Positions 31,405-39,969 of a stretch of DNA of 64,000 nt are shown here, piece by piece (position 1 is the first letter of the stretch; every line of letters begins with the position of its first letter). Origin of the DNA: Minisyncoccota bacterium (GTDB taxonomy: Bacteria; Patescibacteriota; Minisyncoccia; Phycocordibacterales; UBA1550); NCBI GenBank assembly GCA_023229865.1, contig JALNYL010000004.1:17773-81772 (forward strand). Direction: 5' to 3'. The position numbers and the translations under genes are program-made. Below the pieces are notes generated by a model, which was not told the origin of the DNA, made no database searches, and saw only the letters and a program-made list of their open reading frames with translations.

Positions 31405-32898
31405 ATGGAACACAAAAAAACATTTTCACGTGGCGCAAGCTCTAGTGCGCGTCCACGTACAGGGGGTGCTTCGTCGCCTCGCTCGTATGGTAGTTCGCGT
31501 CCACGTACTGATGGCGCGTCTTCTTCTCGCTCGTATTCGAGCTCACGCCCAGCAAGCTCACGTACTTATGGGTCTCGCCCAGCTTCAAGCTCGTCAGCTC
31601 GTTCATACTCTGCACGACCTGCTTCAACTTCGTCGAGTTCAGCAGTTCGTCCTGCTTCAACTGCATCGACAACAACGCGCGTATACCCAGCAAAGCCACG
31701 TCCATTTTCAGCACGTCCACCACTTGGTCGCTCATTTAGCGCGTCACGTGGAGGCTCAAGCCGTGGAGGGGGAAAGCGTGGAGCTCGTAAGGGCCAGCAC
31801 ATCGATATTAATAAATTTATCAACAAGACCGTCATCACGGAGGAGGCTGTAGTGTACACACCAGAGCACCTCTTTAAGGATTTCGTTATTGACGAGCGCC
31901 TCAAGGCAAATATTCTCGGCAAGGGTTACAACGAGCCAACCCCTATTCAGGATCGTGTGATTGCGCATATTTTGCACGGACATGATGTGGTTGGTATCGC
32001 AAACACAGGTACTGGCAAGACTGCTGCGTTCCTCATTCCGCTTATCGACAAGGTTCTCAAGAATCCAAAAGAGAAGGTGATCGTACTTGCGCCAACACGT
32101 GAGCTCGCTCAGCAGATTGAAATGGAACTCAAGGGCTTCGTAAAAGGTTTCAAGATTTTCTCAGTATGTTGCGTGGGTGGAGCGCCTATCGGACGCCAGA
32201 TTTCTGATCTCCGTTACCAGCACAACTTTATTATTGGAACACCAGGCCGCGTAAAGGATTTGATTGAGCGCAAGCTTATCAACCTTGCAGACTTCAAGTC
32301 AGCAGTCCTCGACGAAGCAGACCGTATGCTCGATATGGGATTTATCCACGACATGCGTTACATGATGGACCTTATGCCAAAGGATCGTCACACACTTTTC
32401 TTCTCAGCAACACTTTCTCCAGAAATTGCTGCGCTCATCAAGGACTTCCTCAAGGAGCCTGTGATGGTATCCGTGAAGACTCAGGACACATCAAAGAATG
32501 TTGAGCAGGATGTTGTGAAGATTAAGGCAGGGGAGGATAAACTCGAAGTTCTTCATGACCTTTTGATCGACCCAGAGTTCAAGAAGGTTATTATCTTCGG
32601 ACGCACCAAGCACGGTGTAGAAAAGCTCGCCGTAGCTCTCAATAAGAAAGGATTCAAAGCTCAGTCAATTCACGGCGACAAAAACCAGGGACAGCGTCAG
32701 CGCGCGCTCGACACCTTCAAGAAGGGTCTCGCGCAGATCCTCGTGGCAACAGATGTTGCAGCACGTGGTCTCGATATCTCAGGCGTGTCACACGTAATCA
32801 ACTACGATATTCCAGAAACCTATGATGACTATGTACACCGTATCGGTCGTACTGGCCGCGCAGGGCAGAAGGGAAAGGCGCTTACCTTCATCGGGTAA
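31405..32898 (+). CDS. DEAD-box RNA helicase with Ser/Arg-rich N-terminal extension
   Basis: TGTGKT, PTRELA, DEAD, SAT, ARGLD, HRIGRTGRAG. Confidence 0.96.
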   Translation: MEHKKTFSRGASSSARPRTGGASSPRSYGSSRPRTDGASSSRSYSSSRPASSRTYGSRPASSSSARSYSARPASTSSSSAVRPASTASTTTRVYPAKPRPFSARPPLGRSFSASRGGSSRGGGKRGARKGQHIDINKFINKTVITEEAVVYTPEHLFKDFVIDERLKANILGKGYNEPTPIQDRVIAHILHGHDVVGIANTGTGKTAAFLIPLIDKVLKNPKEKVIVLAPTRELAQQIEMELKGFVKGFKIFSVCCVGGAPIGRQISDLRYQHNFIIGTPGRVKDLIERKLINLADFKSAVLDEADRMLDMGFIHDMRYMMDLMPKDRHTLFFSATLSPEIAALIKDFLKEPVMVSVKTQDTSKNVEQDVVKIKAGEDKLEVLHDLLIDPEFKKVIIFGRTKHGVEKLAVALNKKGFKAQSIHGDKNQGQRQRALDTFKKGLAQILVATDVAARGLDISGVSHVINYDIPETYDDYVHRIGRTGRAGQKGKALTFIG

Positions 32899-32904
32899 AC
32901 TGCA

Positions 32905-32944
32905 AAAAACTCCCCACCATTCAGCCGAATGGTGGGGAGTTTTT
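32905..32944. terminator. Terminator hairpin with ATTC-AGCC-GAAT apex
   Basis: CTCCCCACCATTC-AGCC-GAATGGTGGGGAG plus T run. Confidence 0.8.
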
Positions 32945-33024
32945 ATTTTGACATTACGCAGAGAACCATGCTAGGCTCTTAAGAGCAATTTGTTCTCAAA
33001 CAATATTAAAGGGAGGCGTGTATT

Positions 33025-33498
33025 ATGTTTATTACTGTTGGTGGTCTTGCTGGTGGGGTTGTTCATGTTGATCGTGCTGGCGATCTGATGTTCCCCGACT
33101 GGGAACATCGCATTATCCAGCCCAGTTTTGAATCATTTGGGCCGATCGCGTTTGTGCCAAAAAGTCTTGAAACTTGGTTCCATAAAAACCAAGAGTCGGG
33201 GGTCCCCATGATCGCTGAAGACTTGCTTCTGTATCTCGAGCAAAACAAGATGCGTGAGCGTTGCCTCGGCCTCTATGAAGCCCAGGCTATTCAAAAGAAG
33301 GGAATCAGGTTTTATCGGGAACACTTCGGCAGTGAAATCGTCCTGTGCTGGAAATGTGTTATCGCCCGCAGTGATGGTTTGCGGTACGTACCATTTCTTG
33401 CGGAAGCTACTGGTCGGGAAGAAGTGGTCCTTGGTTGGTTCCCCGTTGATTGCCGCCGGCATATTGACGCCCCAGTGTATCTTTTCCCCGCACAGTAA
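33025..33498 (+). CDS. Hypothetical protein
   Basis: Promoter TTGACA(32948)-18-TAGGCT; SD GGGAGG; terminator follows. Confidence 0.7.
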   Translation: MFITVGGLAGGVVHVDRAGDLMFPDWEHRIIQPSFESFGPIAFVPKSLETWFHKNQESGVPMIAEDLLLYLEQNKMRERCLGLYEAQAIQKKGIRFYREHFGSEIVLCWKCVIARSDGLRYVPFLAEATGREEVVLGWFPVDCRRHIDAPVYLFPAQ

Positions 33499-33620
33499 TC
33501 GTTTTTCCCCTTGTTTAAAAAGGCCCGCCCACCAGCGGGCCTTTTTGTTGTTTGCTGGTAAATATATGCTAGTATTCTCTGTAAGAACGGCCATTTAGCC
33601 CCGTCTTCATTATTGTAGGC

Positions 33621-34148
33621 ATGAATCCAAATGCGGTTGAAAAAGAATTTCTTGGAGCATATGACCAGTTTGCCGATGCAATCTTTCGGCACTGTGTTTT
33701 CCGCGTATCAGACCGCGAGAAAGCAAAAGATCTAGCTCAGGGGACCTTTGTTCGCCTTTGGGATTATATGTCGCAGGGCAAAGAAATCGACAATATGCGC
33801 GCATTTCTTTATCGGATAGCCAACAACTTGATCATTGATGAATACCGAAAGAAGAAGGATGAGTCACTCGACAGAATGCGTGATGAAGAGGGATTTGATA
33901 TAGGATTTGAACCTCGTCACGACATTGAAGCAAAAGATGACTTCGCCCGCGCCCAGCTTCTCCTCGATGCTCTCCCGGATAAATATCGAGAAGCACTCGT
34001 GATGCGGCATATCGACGGACTTTCCGTAAAAGATATCGCACGCCTCACGCACGAGACAGAAAATGTAATCTCCGTACGCATACACCGCGCAATAGAGAAA
34101 CTAAAAACGCTTTCAGAAAAATCACACCAAAATGGAAAACATTATTAA
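33621..34148 (+). CDS. ECF RNA polymerase sigma factor
   Basis: AKDLAQGTF, RAFLYRIANNLIIDEYRK, LSVKDIA...ISVRIHRA. Confidence 0.92.
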   Translation: MNPNAVEKEFLGAYDQFADAIFRHCVFRVSDREKAKDLAQGTFVRLWDYMSQGKEIDNMRAFLYRIANNLIIDEYRKKKDESLDRMRDEEGFDIGFEPRHDIEAKDDFARAQLLLDALPDKYREALVMRHIDGLSVKDIARLTHETENVISVRIHRAIEKLKTLSEKSHQNGKHY

Positions 34149-35280
34149 ACAACTTAAGAAAGGGTCACAACACGCACGTCTTTCGTCTGCTGAAAAAACA
34201 GAAATGAGAAGTGCGCTTCTTCAGTATGCCAAGGCGCATCCCGTAGAGAGCTCAGTGCTTTCTTCTCGAGCGATTGTTTCTCCGTTTTCTCTCAGTAATT
34301 TTAGAAACAAAAAAACTATTTCCGGTTTGGTTATCGGAGGGCTTTTGATGAGTGGATCAGTTTCATTTGCAGCAGAAGGGGCTTTGCCTGGAGATATTCT
34401 TTATCCCGTGAAGGTAAGCGTAAACGAGGGGATTCGTAAGGCCGTTGCGGTAACCCCTGAGGCGAAGTCTGCGCTTGGTGTGAAGCTCGTAGAGCGTCGT
34501 CTTGTTGAGATTGAAAAGCTCGCTGCCCTCCCTGATACTCCTTCGGAAATTCACGAATTGGCTGCGCTCAATTTGGAGAAATATATGCATGATGCTGAAG
34601 AGCGTTTTGAAACGGTTGAGAACGACAATGATGGTGACGAAGATACGCACGTCATTACAGATTTGTCAGCAGTGCTTAGTACTCATGAGCAGATCCTCTC
34701 TGATCTCCAGGCAGATTTTGAAAAGAAAAATATTGAGGTACGTCGTCACAATGAAGACGCGTCGGAGCGTGATGAGAATATCGTTGCAACTTCGACCGTA
34801 TCTACGGCAGTTACTACAGCGCGCGAGGTAAAGAAAGAATCAGATCGTCATGAAGATTCTCCTAAGAAAACAGAAAAAGAAGAACATTCATTTGTGCCAG
34901 CCACAACAACCGTTGCAGTAGTAGCCACAACAACCGCAGCCGTCGTTCACTCAGAGCATATCAAAAAAGCTCTCGAGACTGTTCGTGAGTCTATAAAAGA
35001 CATTGAAGAAAAAAACGAAGAATACAAAAAGAAGAATAATACCACAGAATCAACTTCCAGAGATTCAAAAGAGGTTAAGGATAATACTTCACGAAGGGAA
35101 GAATCAGCCTCGACGGAATCGTCAACCGTGCGTATAAAAGTTTACAACAAAGACAAAGAGAGGGAGAAGCGTCAGGAGGAGGAAATTCGTTCAAGTCGAG
35201 AGACTCGAACGCCAAGCGTTTCGACCGTAGCTACAACGACAGCAACAACGACGGAGGTGGAGGAGCGTCACGATAACTAA
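34132..35280 (+). CDS. Putative anti-sigma factor (DUF5667-like)
   Basis: ALPGDILYPVK motif; overlaps the sigma gene; low-complexity tail. Confidence 0.75.
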   Translation: MENIIKQLKKGSQHARLSSAEKTEMRSALLQYAKAHPVESSVLSSRAIVSPFSLSNFRNKKTISGLVIGGLLMSGSVSFAAEGALPGDILYPVKVSVNEGIRKAVAVTPEAKSALGVKLVERRLVEIEKLAALPDTPSEIHELAALNLEKYMHDAEERFETVENDNDGDEDTHVITDLSAVLSTHEQILSDLQADFEKKNIEVRRHNEDASERDENIVATSTVSTAVTTAREVKKESDRHEDSPKKTEKEEHSFVPATTTVAVVATTTAAVVHSEHIKKALETVRESIKDIEEKNEEYKKKNNTTESTSRDSKEVKDNTSRREESASTESSTVRIKVYNKDKEREKRQEEEIRSSRETRTPSVSTVATTTATTTEVEERHDN

Positions 35281-35282
35281 GT

Positions 35283-35336
35283 AAAACAGACACAGGGCCC
35301 GCGATTCGGCTGAATCGCGGGCCCTGTGTCTGTTTT
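35283..35336. repeat. REP-like palindrome, inverted copy of the 14382 element
   Basis: ACACAGGGCCCGCGATTC-GGCT-GAATCGCGGGCCCTGTGT. Confidence 0.85.
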
Positions 35337-35369
35337 TAAAATCTTGAGAAGAATAGTACAATATACAAG

Positions 35370-36383
35370 ATGAAAAGATTTATCTACATTCTACTTCTCG
35401 TTCTCAGCCCGTTTTCTTTTGCTTGCGCGGCTGATGAGCCTATTAAAAACGCTGGCTTTGTTCCTGCGAATATTTGGTATTCAAAAGATCCGTTCTTTGC
35501 GGGGGAGACTATTCGCGTGTACACGATTATTTTCAATGGCAGTTCGTATGATCTCGAGGGGACGGTTGAATTCCTTGATAACGGAGTTCTTTTGGGTAAG
35601 ACAAACTTCTCACTTTCTGGCGGCGGGCGGGTGCGTGATTTGTGGGTAGACTGGAAGGCTACAAACGGGAAGCATGTGATGACGGCGCGTATCGTAAATG
35701 TTACTGCATCTCTTGCAGGTGGAGCAAAGCGCTCAATCGCACTCGATAATGCCGAGACGGGGAAGAGTGAACGCTTGGTAGATTTGGATACCGATGGCGA
35801 CGGTATCGGCAATACTGAAGACACCGACGATGACGGCGATACCGTGCTCGACGTTGATGAGCTCCGCAATAATACTGACCCACTCAAAAAAGATACCAAT
35901 GGTAATGGTGTTTCAGACGGGAAGGAACTTGAAATAGCTGCGCAGAAAAAAGCAGCACAAGAAAAGGTTGCAGCTGGTGCGACCACGAACGAAGAGCCTG
36001 CTGGAAGTATTTTGGGTACGATTAAAAAAGTAGAAGAAACTATCCCTGATCCGGTGAAGTCTGGCGTATCAACGGGCGCAAACGCCATCGAACGTTTCCG
36101 TATTGGAGAAGGATATCAAGCGCGTCTCGCAAAAGAAGAAAAAGCTCGCGAGATTGATGCGATGAAGGTCGCCGTGCGTGCGCCCGTGGTGGTGCAAAAA
36201 GATGGCACCGTTCTCGGCGCTTCTTCAAATGTCGCAGAAAAACCATTTGCGTATGTGATGCTCGGACTCTATGCACTCCTTCAATATTTCTTTGAGTGGC
36301 AGATTATTTTCTACAGCGTTCTCTTTTATATCACGTATCGTTTGTTGAAATATCTCGCTCGTCGTATCTGGAACAGGGATTAG
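35370..36383 (+). CDS. Surface protein with Ig/CARDB-like domain and TSP3-like Ca-binding repeats
   Basis: Signal peptide, DTDGDGIGN.EDTDDDGD, DTNGNGVSDG, C-terminal TM. Confidence 0.72.
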   Translation: MKRFIYILLLVLSPFSFACAADEPIKNAGFVPANIWYSKDPFFAGETIRVYTIIFNGSSYDLEGTVEFLDNGVLLGKTNFSLSGGGRVRDLWVDWKATNGKHVMTARIVNVTASLAGGAKRSIALDNAETGKSERLVDLDTDGDGIGNTEDTDDDGDTVLDVDELRNNTDPLKKDTNGNGVSDGKELEIAAQKKAAQEKVAAGATTNEEPAGSILGTIKKVEETIPDPVKSGVSTGANAIERFRIGEGYQARLAKEEKAREIDAMKVAVRAPVVVQKDGTVLGASSNVAEKPFAYVMLGLYALLQYFFEWQIIFYSVLFYITYRLLKYLARRIWNRD

Positions 36384-36447
36384 TTGTAGAATATAAAAAA
36401 GGGCGCATCGCGTAGCGATGCGCCCTTTTTTATTAGTTGCCCCCAGA

Positions 36448-37542
36448 TTACTTCTTCTCTGTGTATGAAAGGGTCATCTTCTGATCCTTTGCATCAAAGA
36501 GGGTAATCGAGAATGAGTATGTGCGTCCGAGTTCAAGTTTCTTCTTGAGCTCTTCTTCGGTACCAAACTCTGAAACGTGTACGAGACCTGCGATCCCTTC
36601 TTCAAGAGATACGAGTGCACCGTAGTTGTTGAACTTGATAACGATACCGGTTACGGTGTCGCCCTTCTTGTAACGCTTCTCAGCATCCTTCCAAGGGTTC
36701 TCCTTGAGAGCCTTGAGTGAAAGAGAAATCTTTCCATCCTTGATCTCAATAACCTTTACGCGAACCTTTTCACCAAGTTTGAACATCTTACGTGGATCAT
36801 CTACGAGACCCCATCCGATTTCTGAGATGTGTACGAGTCCTTCGATACCATCCTCAAGCTTCACGAATACGCCGAAGTCTACGATACCTGAGATTGTACC
36901 ATCGAGTTCATCGCCGTTTGAGTACTTTCCAGAAATCTCGCGCTTCTCCTTTACTCCCTGCTCCTTCTCAGAGAAGATGAGTTTGCCTTCCTTTGGAGAT
37001 GCTCCAATGATGGTTACCGCGATACGCTTTCCAATGAGCTTCTTGAGTTCGCCAAGAATCTTATCCTTGTCGCCGTCATCGATACGTGGGTAGTGCTCGC
37101 TCTTGAGCTGTGACGCAGGAAGGAATCCCTGAATCCCTTGCCACTCGATGATGAGTCCACCCTTGTTTGCCTCCTTTACAGGAAGATCAAGAGTCTTCTT
37201 TGACTTAATAGCTTCTTCAGCTTCGCTCCAGATGATTGCCTGACGTGCCTCCTTGAGCGAGAGCTCAATGTAGCCGTCTTCGTTGTTGGTGTCGACTACC
37301 TTTGCAGTAATCGTGTCGCCAATATTGAGACGCTTGATGACGTCACGAGCGTTGATAAACTCACGTCCGTAGATAATACCCGTACCGATGGCACCGAGGT
37401 TTACGTACACACATGACTTTGCAACGCTGATAACAGGTCCCTCAACAAGTGAGTCATTCTCAGGCAATGGTTTTACATCAGCCATGAGTTTACCCATAAG
37501 TGACAATGGGGCCTCTACGATTTCTTCAATTTCTTTTTTCAT
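36448..37542 (-). CDS. rpsA: 30S ribosomal protein S1 (short, four S1 domains)
   Basis: NKGGL..GFLPASQL, DFGVFV..GIEGLVHISE repeats. Confidence 0.88.
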   Translation of the reverse strand: MKKEIEEIVEAPLSLMGKLMADVKPLPENDSLVEGPVISVAKSCVYVNLGAIGTGIIYGREFINARDVIKRLNIGDTITAKVVDTNNEDGYIELSLKEARQAIIWSEAEEAIKSKKTLDLPVKEANKGGLIIEWQGIQGFLPASQLKSEHYPRIDDGDKDKILGELKKLIGKRIAVTIIGASPKEGKLIFSEKEQGVKEKREISGKYSNGDELDGTISGIVDFGVFVKLEDGIEGLVHISEIGWGLVDDPRKMFKLGEKVRVKVIEIKDGKISLSLKALKENPWKDAEKRYKKGDTVTGIVIKFNNYGALVSLEEGIAGLVHVSEFGTEEELKKKLELGRTYSFSITLFDAKDQKMTLSYTEKK

Positions 37543-37740
37543 GTAACAAAAAATCCCATCAAACCTACATAATTGTAGTACAAGCGGGATGTGTGAACCT
37601 TGGTTTTCCCCCGAACGGTCGAGTCAGGATGGGGGAGGGTTAGCCTTGGAACTGCTTGTGATTAACCCGTACAATATACGGGAAATCAGGCAAAAAGTAA
37701 AGGGGGCGATTCAGCGAATCGCCCCCTTGGGGGTTGGTCG

Positions 37741-37827
37741 TTACGGGGTCGGCATTTTATCAGCCGATTTCCTTGTGGGGAGTTCGTCGTGGATTGGCCC
37801 GGGGTCATCCTCGTTGAGCGGGTACAT
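37741..37827 (-). CDS. 28-aa micro-ORF MYPLNEDDPGPIHDELPTRKSADKMPTP
   Basis: AAGGAGGT shortly upstream of the ATG; terminator at 37700-37728. Confidence 0.5.
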   Translation of the reverse strand: MYPLNEDDPGPIHDELPTRKSADKMPTP

Positions 37828-37889
37828 ATTGAACCTCCTTGAAAATTAAAGGGCTCCGCGAGGAGCCCTTGGGTTGCGGCATTGGCCGG

Positions 37890-37940
37890 TTAGACGAAGT
37901 TGAGACCTTCGGGATTCCACGAGGGGTCGCGGGTTCTCAT
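37890..37940 (-). CDS. 16-aa micro-ORF MRTRDPSWNPEGLNFV
   Basis: AAAGGAG SD; followed by GCCGCAACCCAAGGGC and a terminator. Confidence 0.45.
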   Translation of the reverse strand: MRTRDPSWNPEGLNFV

Positions 37941-38106
37941 AGGCGTTCTCCTTTAAAGTACAGCTGGGTTAAGGGATTTTCTTAAAGTCACCTCACGGTG
38001 GTTTAAGGGTTCATCGGTAGACTGGATCACCATCCTTTCCCTGGGTTGAAACTAACTAAAGCATAGCAAAGGTAGTTAAATTTGCAAGAACTTTACCGTA
38101 CTTGTT

Positions 38107-38340
38107 TCAGAAAGCCGCGCAATCTATATACATTTGCCTAGTCCACATCATGCGCCGCAATCGGACCGTATGCTTTGTAGCATCCTCGTGCTTGCGGTAG
38201 GCTGTGACTTCATCTCCGCTTGGGTCATGAATGACCCAATCCTTGTGACTGCAAGTTTCAGTGTGGCACCTGCAATAGTTCTGGCGAACATGGAACCTGC
38301 GCGGGGAGTCAGGGTCTGCTGGTAGTAATTCAAGGCTCAT
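38107..38340 (-). CDS. 77-aa Cys/His-containing hypothetical protein
   Basis: Promoter TTGCAG-16-TAGACT; SD GAGGAG; CxCHxxxCxH. Confidence 0.65.
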   Translation of the reverse strand: MSLELLPADPDSPRRFHVRQNYCRCHTETCSHKDWVIHDPSGDEVTAYRKHEDATKHTVRLRRMMWTRQMYIDCAAF

Positions 38341-38462
38341 CTTGCTCTCCTCTTGTCTGTTAATGGTTGAATCCTTTTGCAGTCTAGCAAACTATGTTCT
38401 TACTGCAAGTTATTTTTGATAAAGAAAAACCTCGCAACATGCGCGAGGTTAAGGTAGGGGAA

Positions 38463-38536
38463 TGGAGTCCTGTACAAGAATCGAACTTATGACAGTGCTT
38501 TTCAGGGCACTTACGTTGCCACTCCGTCAACAGGCC
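38463..38536 (-). tRNA. Atypical tRNA-like gene (GAA in an 8-nt anticodon loop, encoded CCA)
   Basis: GGCCTGT/ACAGGAC acceptor with one mismatch, D-arm ACG-GAGTGGCAA-CGT, AGTGC-CCTGAAAA-GCACT, T-arm ATAAG-TTCGATT-CTTGT, ends TCCA. Confidence 0.7.
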
Positions 38537-38629
38537 TTGATTCCTCCACTAGCTCTATTTTATCAAAGGGAAAGGAAAAGAAAAAGGGCCCCACGTCGTT
38601 GTGGGGCCCTGGGTTGCGGCCGGAGCCGA

Positions 38630-38680
38630 TCAGGTTGTGATCTTGATACTGTTGGTACCATCGCGGATGAAGTTCATCAT
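38630..38680 (-). CDS. 16-aa micro-ORF MMNFIRDGTNSIKITT
   Basis: GAAAGGAGGTG SD; followed by GCCGCAACCCAGGGC and a terminator. Confidence 0.45.
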   Translation of the reverse strand: MMNFIRDGTNSIKITT

Positions 38681-38758
38681 CCACCTCCTTTCTCTCTGTT
38701 GACCGGTGTGCGTCATTGTGACGCGGGGTTGATTGGCGTAGGGGCCGGCATGCTGGAG

Positions 38759-38890
38759 TTAACCGGCGCCCAGCACCATGGCCGCCAGGCCGCCGTGGGT
38801 GGTGGAATTGCCGCTGCAGCGCGTGATCAGATAGCTCTTGGTGTTGGCGCCGATCGTCGGGCCAGCAGTCGCGGGCATGGTCTTCTTCAT
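38759..38890 (-). CDS. 43-aa micro-ORF MKKTMPATAGPTIGANTKSYLITRCSGNSTTHGGLAAMVLGAG
   Basis: TAAGGAGGT SD; G/C-rich third codon positions. Confidence 0.55.
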   Translation of the reverse strand: MKKTMPATAGPTIGANTKSYLITRCSGNSTTHGGLAAMVLGAG

Positions 38891-39074
38891 GTGATACCTC
38901 CTTATGGAAAGAACAGCGTTGTCCTCCGGCAAAAGCGCGGAGGGATGGATGTCCTGGCGGGCGAATGGCGCGGCGACTTCCTCGTTAGAAACACTGGAAG
39001 CGGCCGATAAGCCCTTGCGGTCGTGGGCGAGTCAATCCCGCCACAGAGCCGTACGTGCCAACCAGAACAAAAGC

Positions 39075-39102
39075 AGTATAGCAGGTTATAAAAATTTGTC
39101 AA
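39075..39102 (-). promoter_or_regulatory. Near-consensus sigma70 promoter driving the micro-ORF island
   Basis: TTGACA-16-TATACT with extended TG. Confidence 0.75.
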
Positions 39103-39210
39103 CCCCGTTAGAGGTGAATACTCGCTGCGCTTCACTCGCGACCTCTAACGGGGCTTGCCCCACAGTTTGGATTAGAACTTACGGTCGTTTACAACCTACT
39201 TCTAACGGGC
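39103..39210. repeat. CCCCGTTAGAGGT...ACCTCTAACGGGG inverted-repeat element plus a degenerate second copy
   Basis: 13-bp perfect IR at 39103-39153; second TTAGAA...TTCTAACGGG at about 39172-39208. Confidence 0.7.
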
Positions 39211-39292
39211 CAGGCCCCGGCGATTCTGGAACCACGTGTCTTTATTGCGCCCAACGTTTCGCTCCTTTAAAAAATCTGCTACAATACCACCT

Positions 39293-39922
39293 ATGATTGT
39301 TACATATTACGGAAAGCAGTTTTTCAAGATTCAGCTCGGGGATCGCACGATTGCGTACAACCCTATTGGCAAGGATTCAAAAGAGAAAGGTTCACGCTTT
39401 GGCGCGGACATCGTCCTTTCCTCGCTTCGTCATGCAGACTTCAACGGCGCCGATCAGTGTGCGTACGGTGAGCGTCAGCCGTTCGTAATCTCTGGTCCCG
39501 GCGAATACGAAGTAGGAGGAATCTTTATTAAAGGTTTCGGTACTGACACCACATACGACAAGGATAAAAAGATCAACACAGTTTTTTCTGTAATGTTTGA
39601 AGGTATCAACCTCTGCTTCCTCGGCTCACTCGCGACCGCTGACTCACTCTCGCGCGAGGTAAAAGAAGGTCTCGGAGAAATCGACGTCCTCTTTGCCCCT
39701 ATTAGCGGGGGAGACGCACTCAATCCTGCCGACGCGCACAAACTCGCACTCGCGCTTGAGACAAAGATTGTTATTCCTATGGACTTTGAACACGCAAAGG
39801 GTTCACTCGAAACCTTTATTAAAGAAGCTGGGGCAAACGCAGAGACAATGGAGAAGTTCACATTTAAGAAGAAGGACCTCGAAGGGAAGGAGGGCGCCGT
39901 CGTTGTTCTTAAGGAGGCTTAA
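39293..39922 (+). CDS. MBL-fold metallo-hydrolase-like protein
   Basis: ITYYG..FKI, GPGEYEVGG, IDVLFAPI.G, IVIPM; degenerate His motif. Confidence 0.8.
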   Translation: MIVTYYGKQFFKIQLGDRTIAYNPIGKDSKEKGSRFGADIVLSSLRHADFNGADQCAYGERQPFVISGPGEYEVGGIFIKGFGTDTTYDKDKKINTVFSVMFEGINLCFLGSLATADSLSREVKEGLGEIDVLFAPISGGDALNPADAHKLALALETKIVIPMDFEHAKGSLETFIKEAGANAETMEKFTFKKKDLEGKEGAVVVLKEA

Positions 39923-39969
39923 TTTGTTCCCCGTTTCAGGGCTCTTGTGCGAAGATTTTACAACATCAC

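Noticed and set aside
37953-38033. 26-aa minus-strand ORF MVIQSTDEPLNHREVTLRKSLNPAVL
   Set aside because: The purine tract abuts the ATG without spacing and the region folds as a GNRA-capped hairpin; more likely a structured leader of the 16-aa ORF.
37741-38890. Type I toxin-antitoxin array or RiPP precursor cluster
   Set aside because: The peptides lack a TM-length hydrophobic helix, and no modifying enzymes or transporters are adjacent.
38463-39070. tmRNA or RNase P RNA
   Set aside because: No GGGG..GAC 5' end with an Ala-type acceptor or tag peptide, and no complete GAGGAAAGUCC P4 signature.
21029-39210. Integron interpretation of the cassettes (palindromes at 21029 and 39103 as attC sites)
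   Set aside because: No integrase in the window, no consistent RYYYAAC/GTTRRRY boundaries around cassettes, and the cassettes carry their own promoters.
38462-39296. 182-aa and 130-aa plus-strand ORFs
   Set aside because: Antisense to the tRNA-like gene, micro-ORFs and promoter; open frames are explained by high GC.
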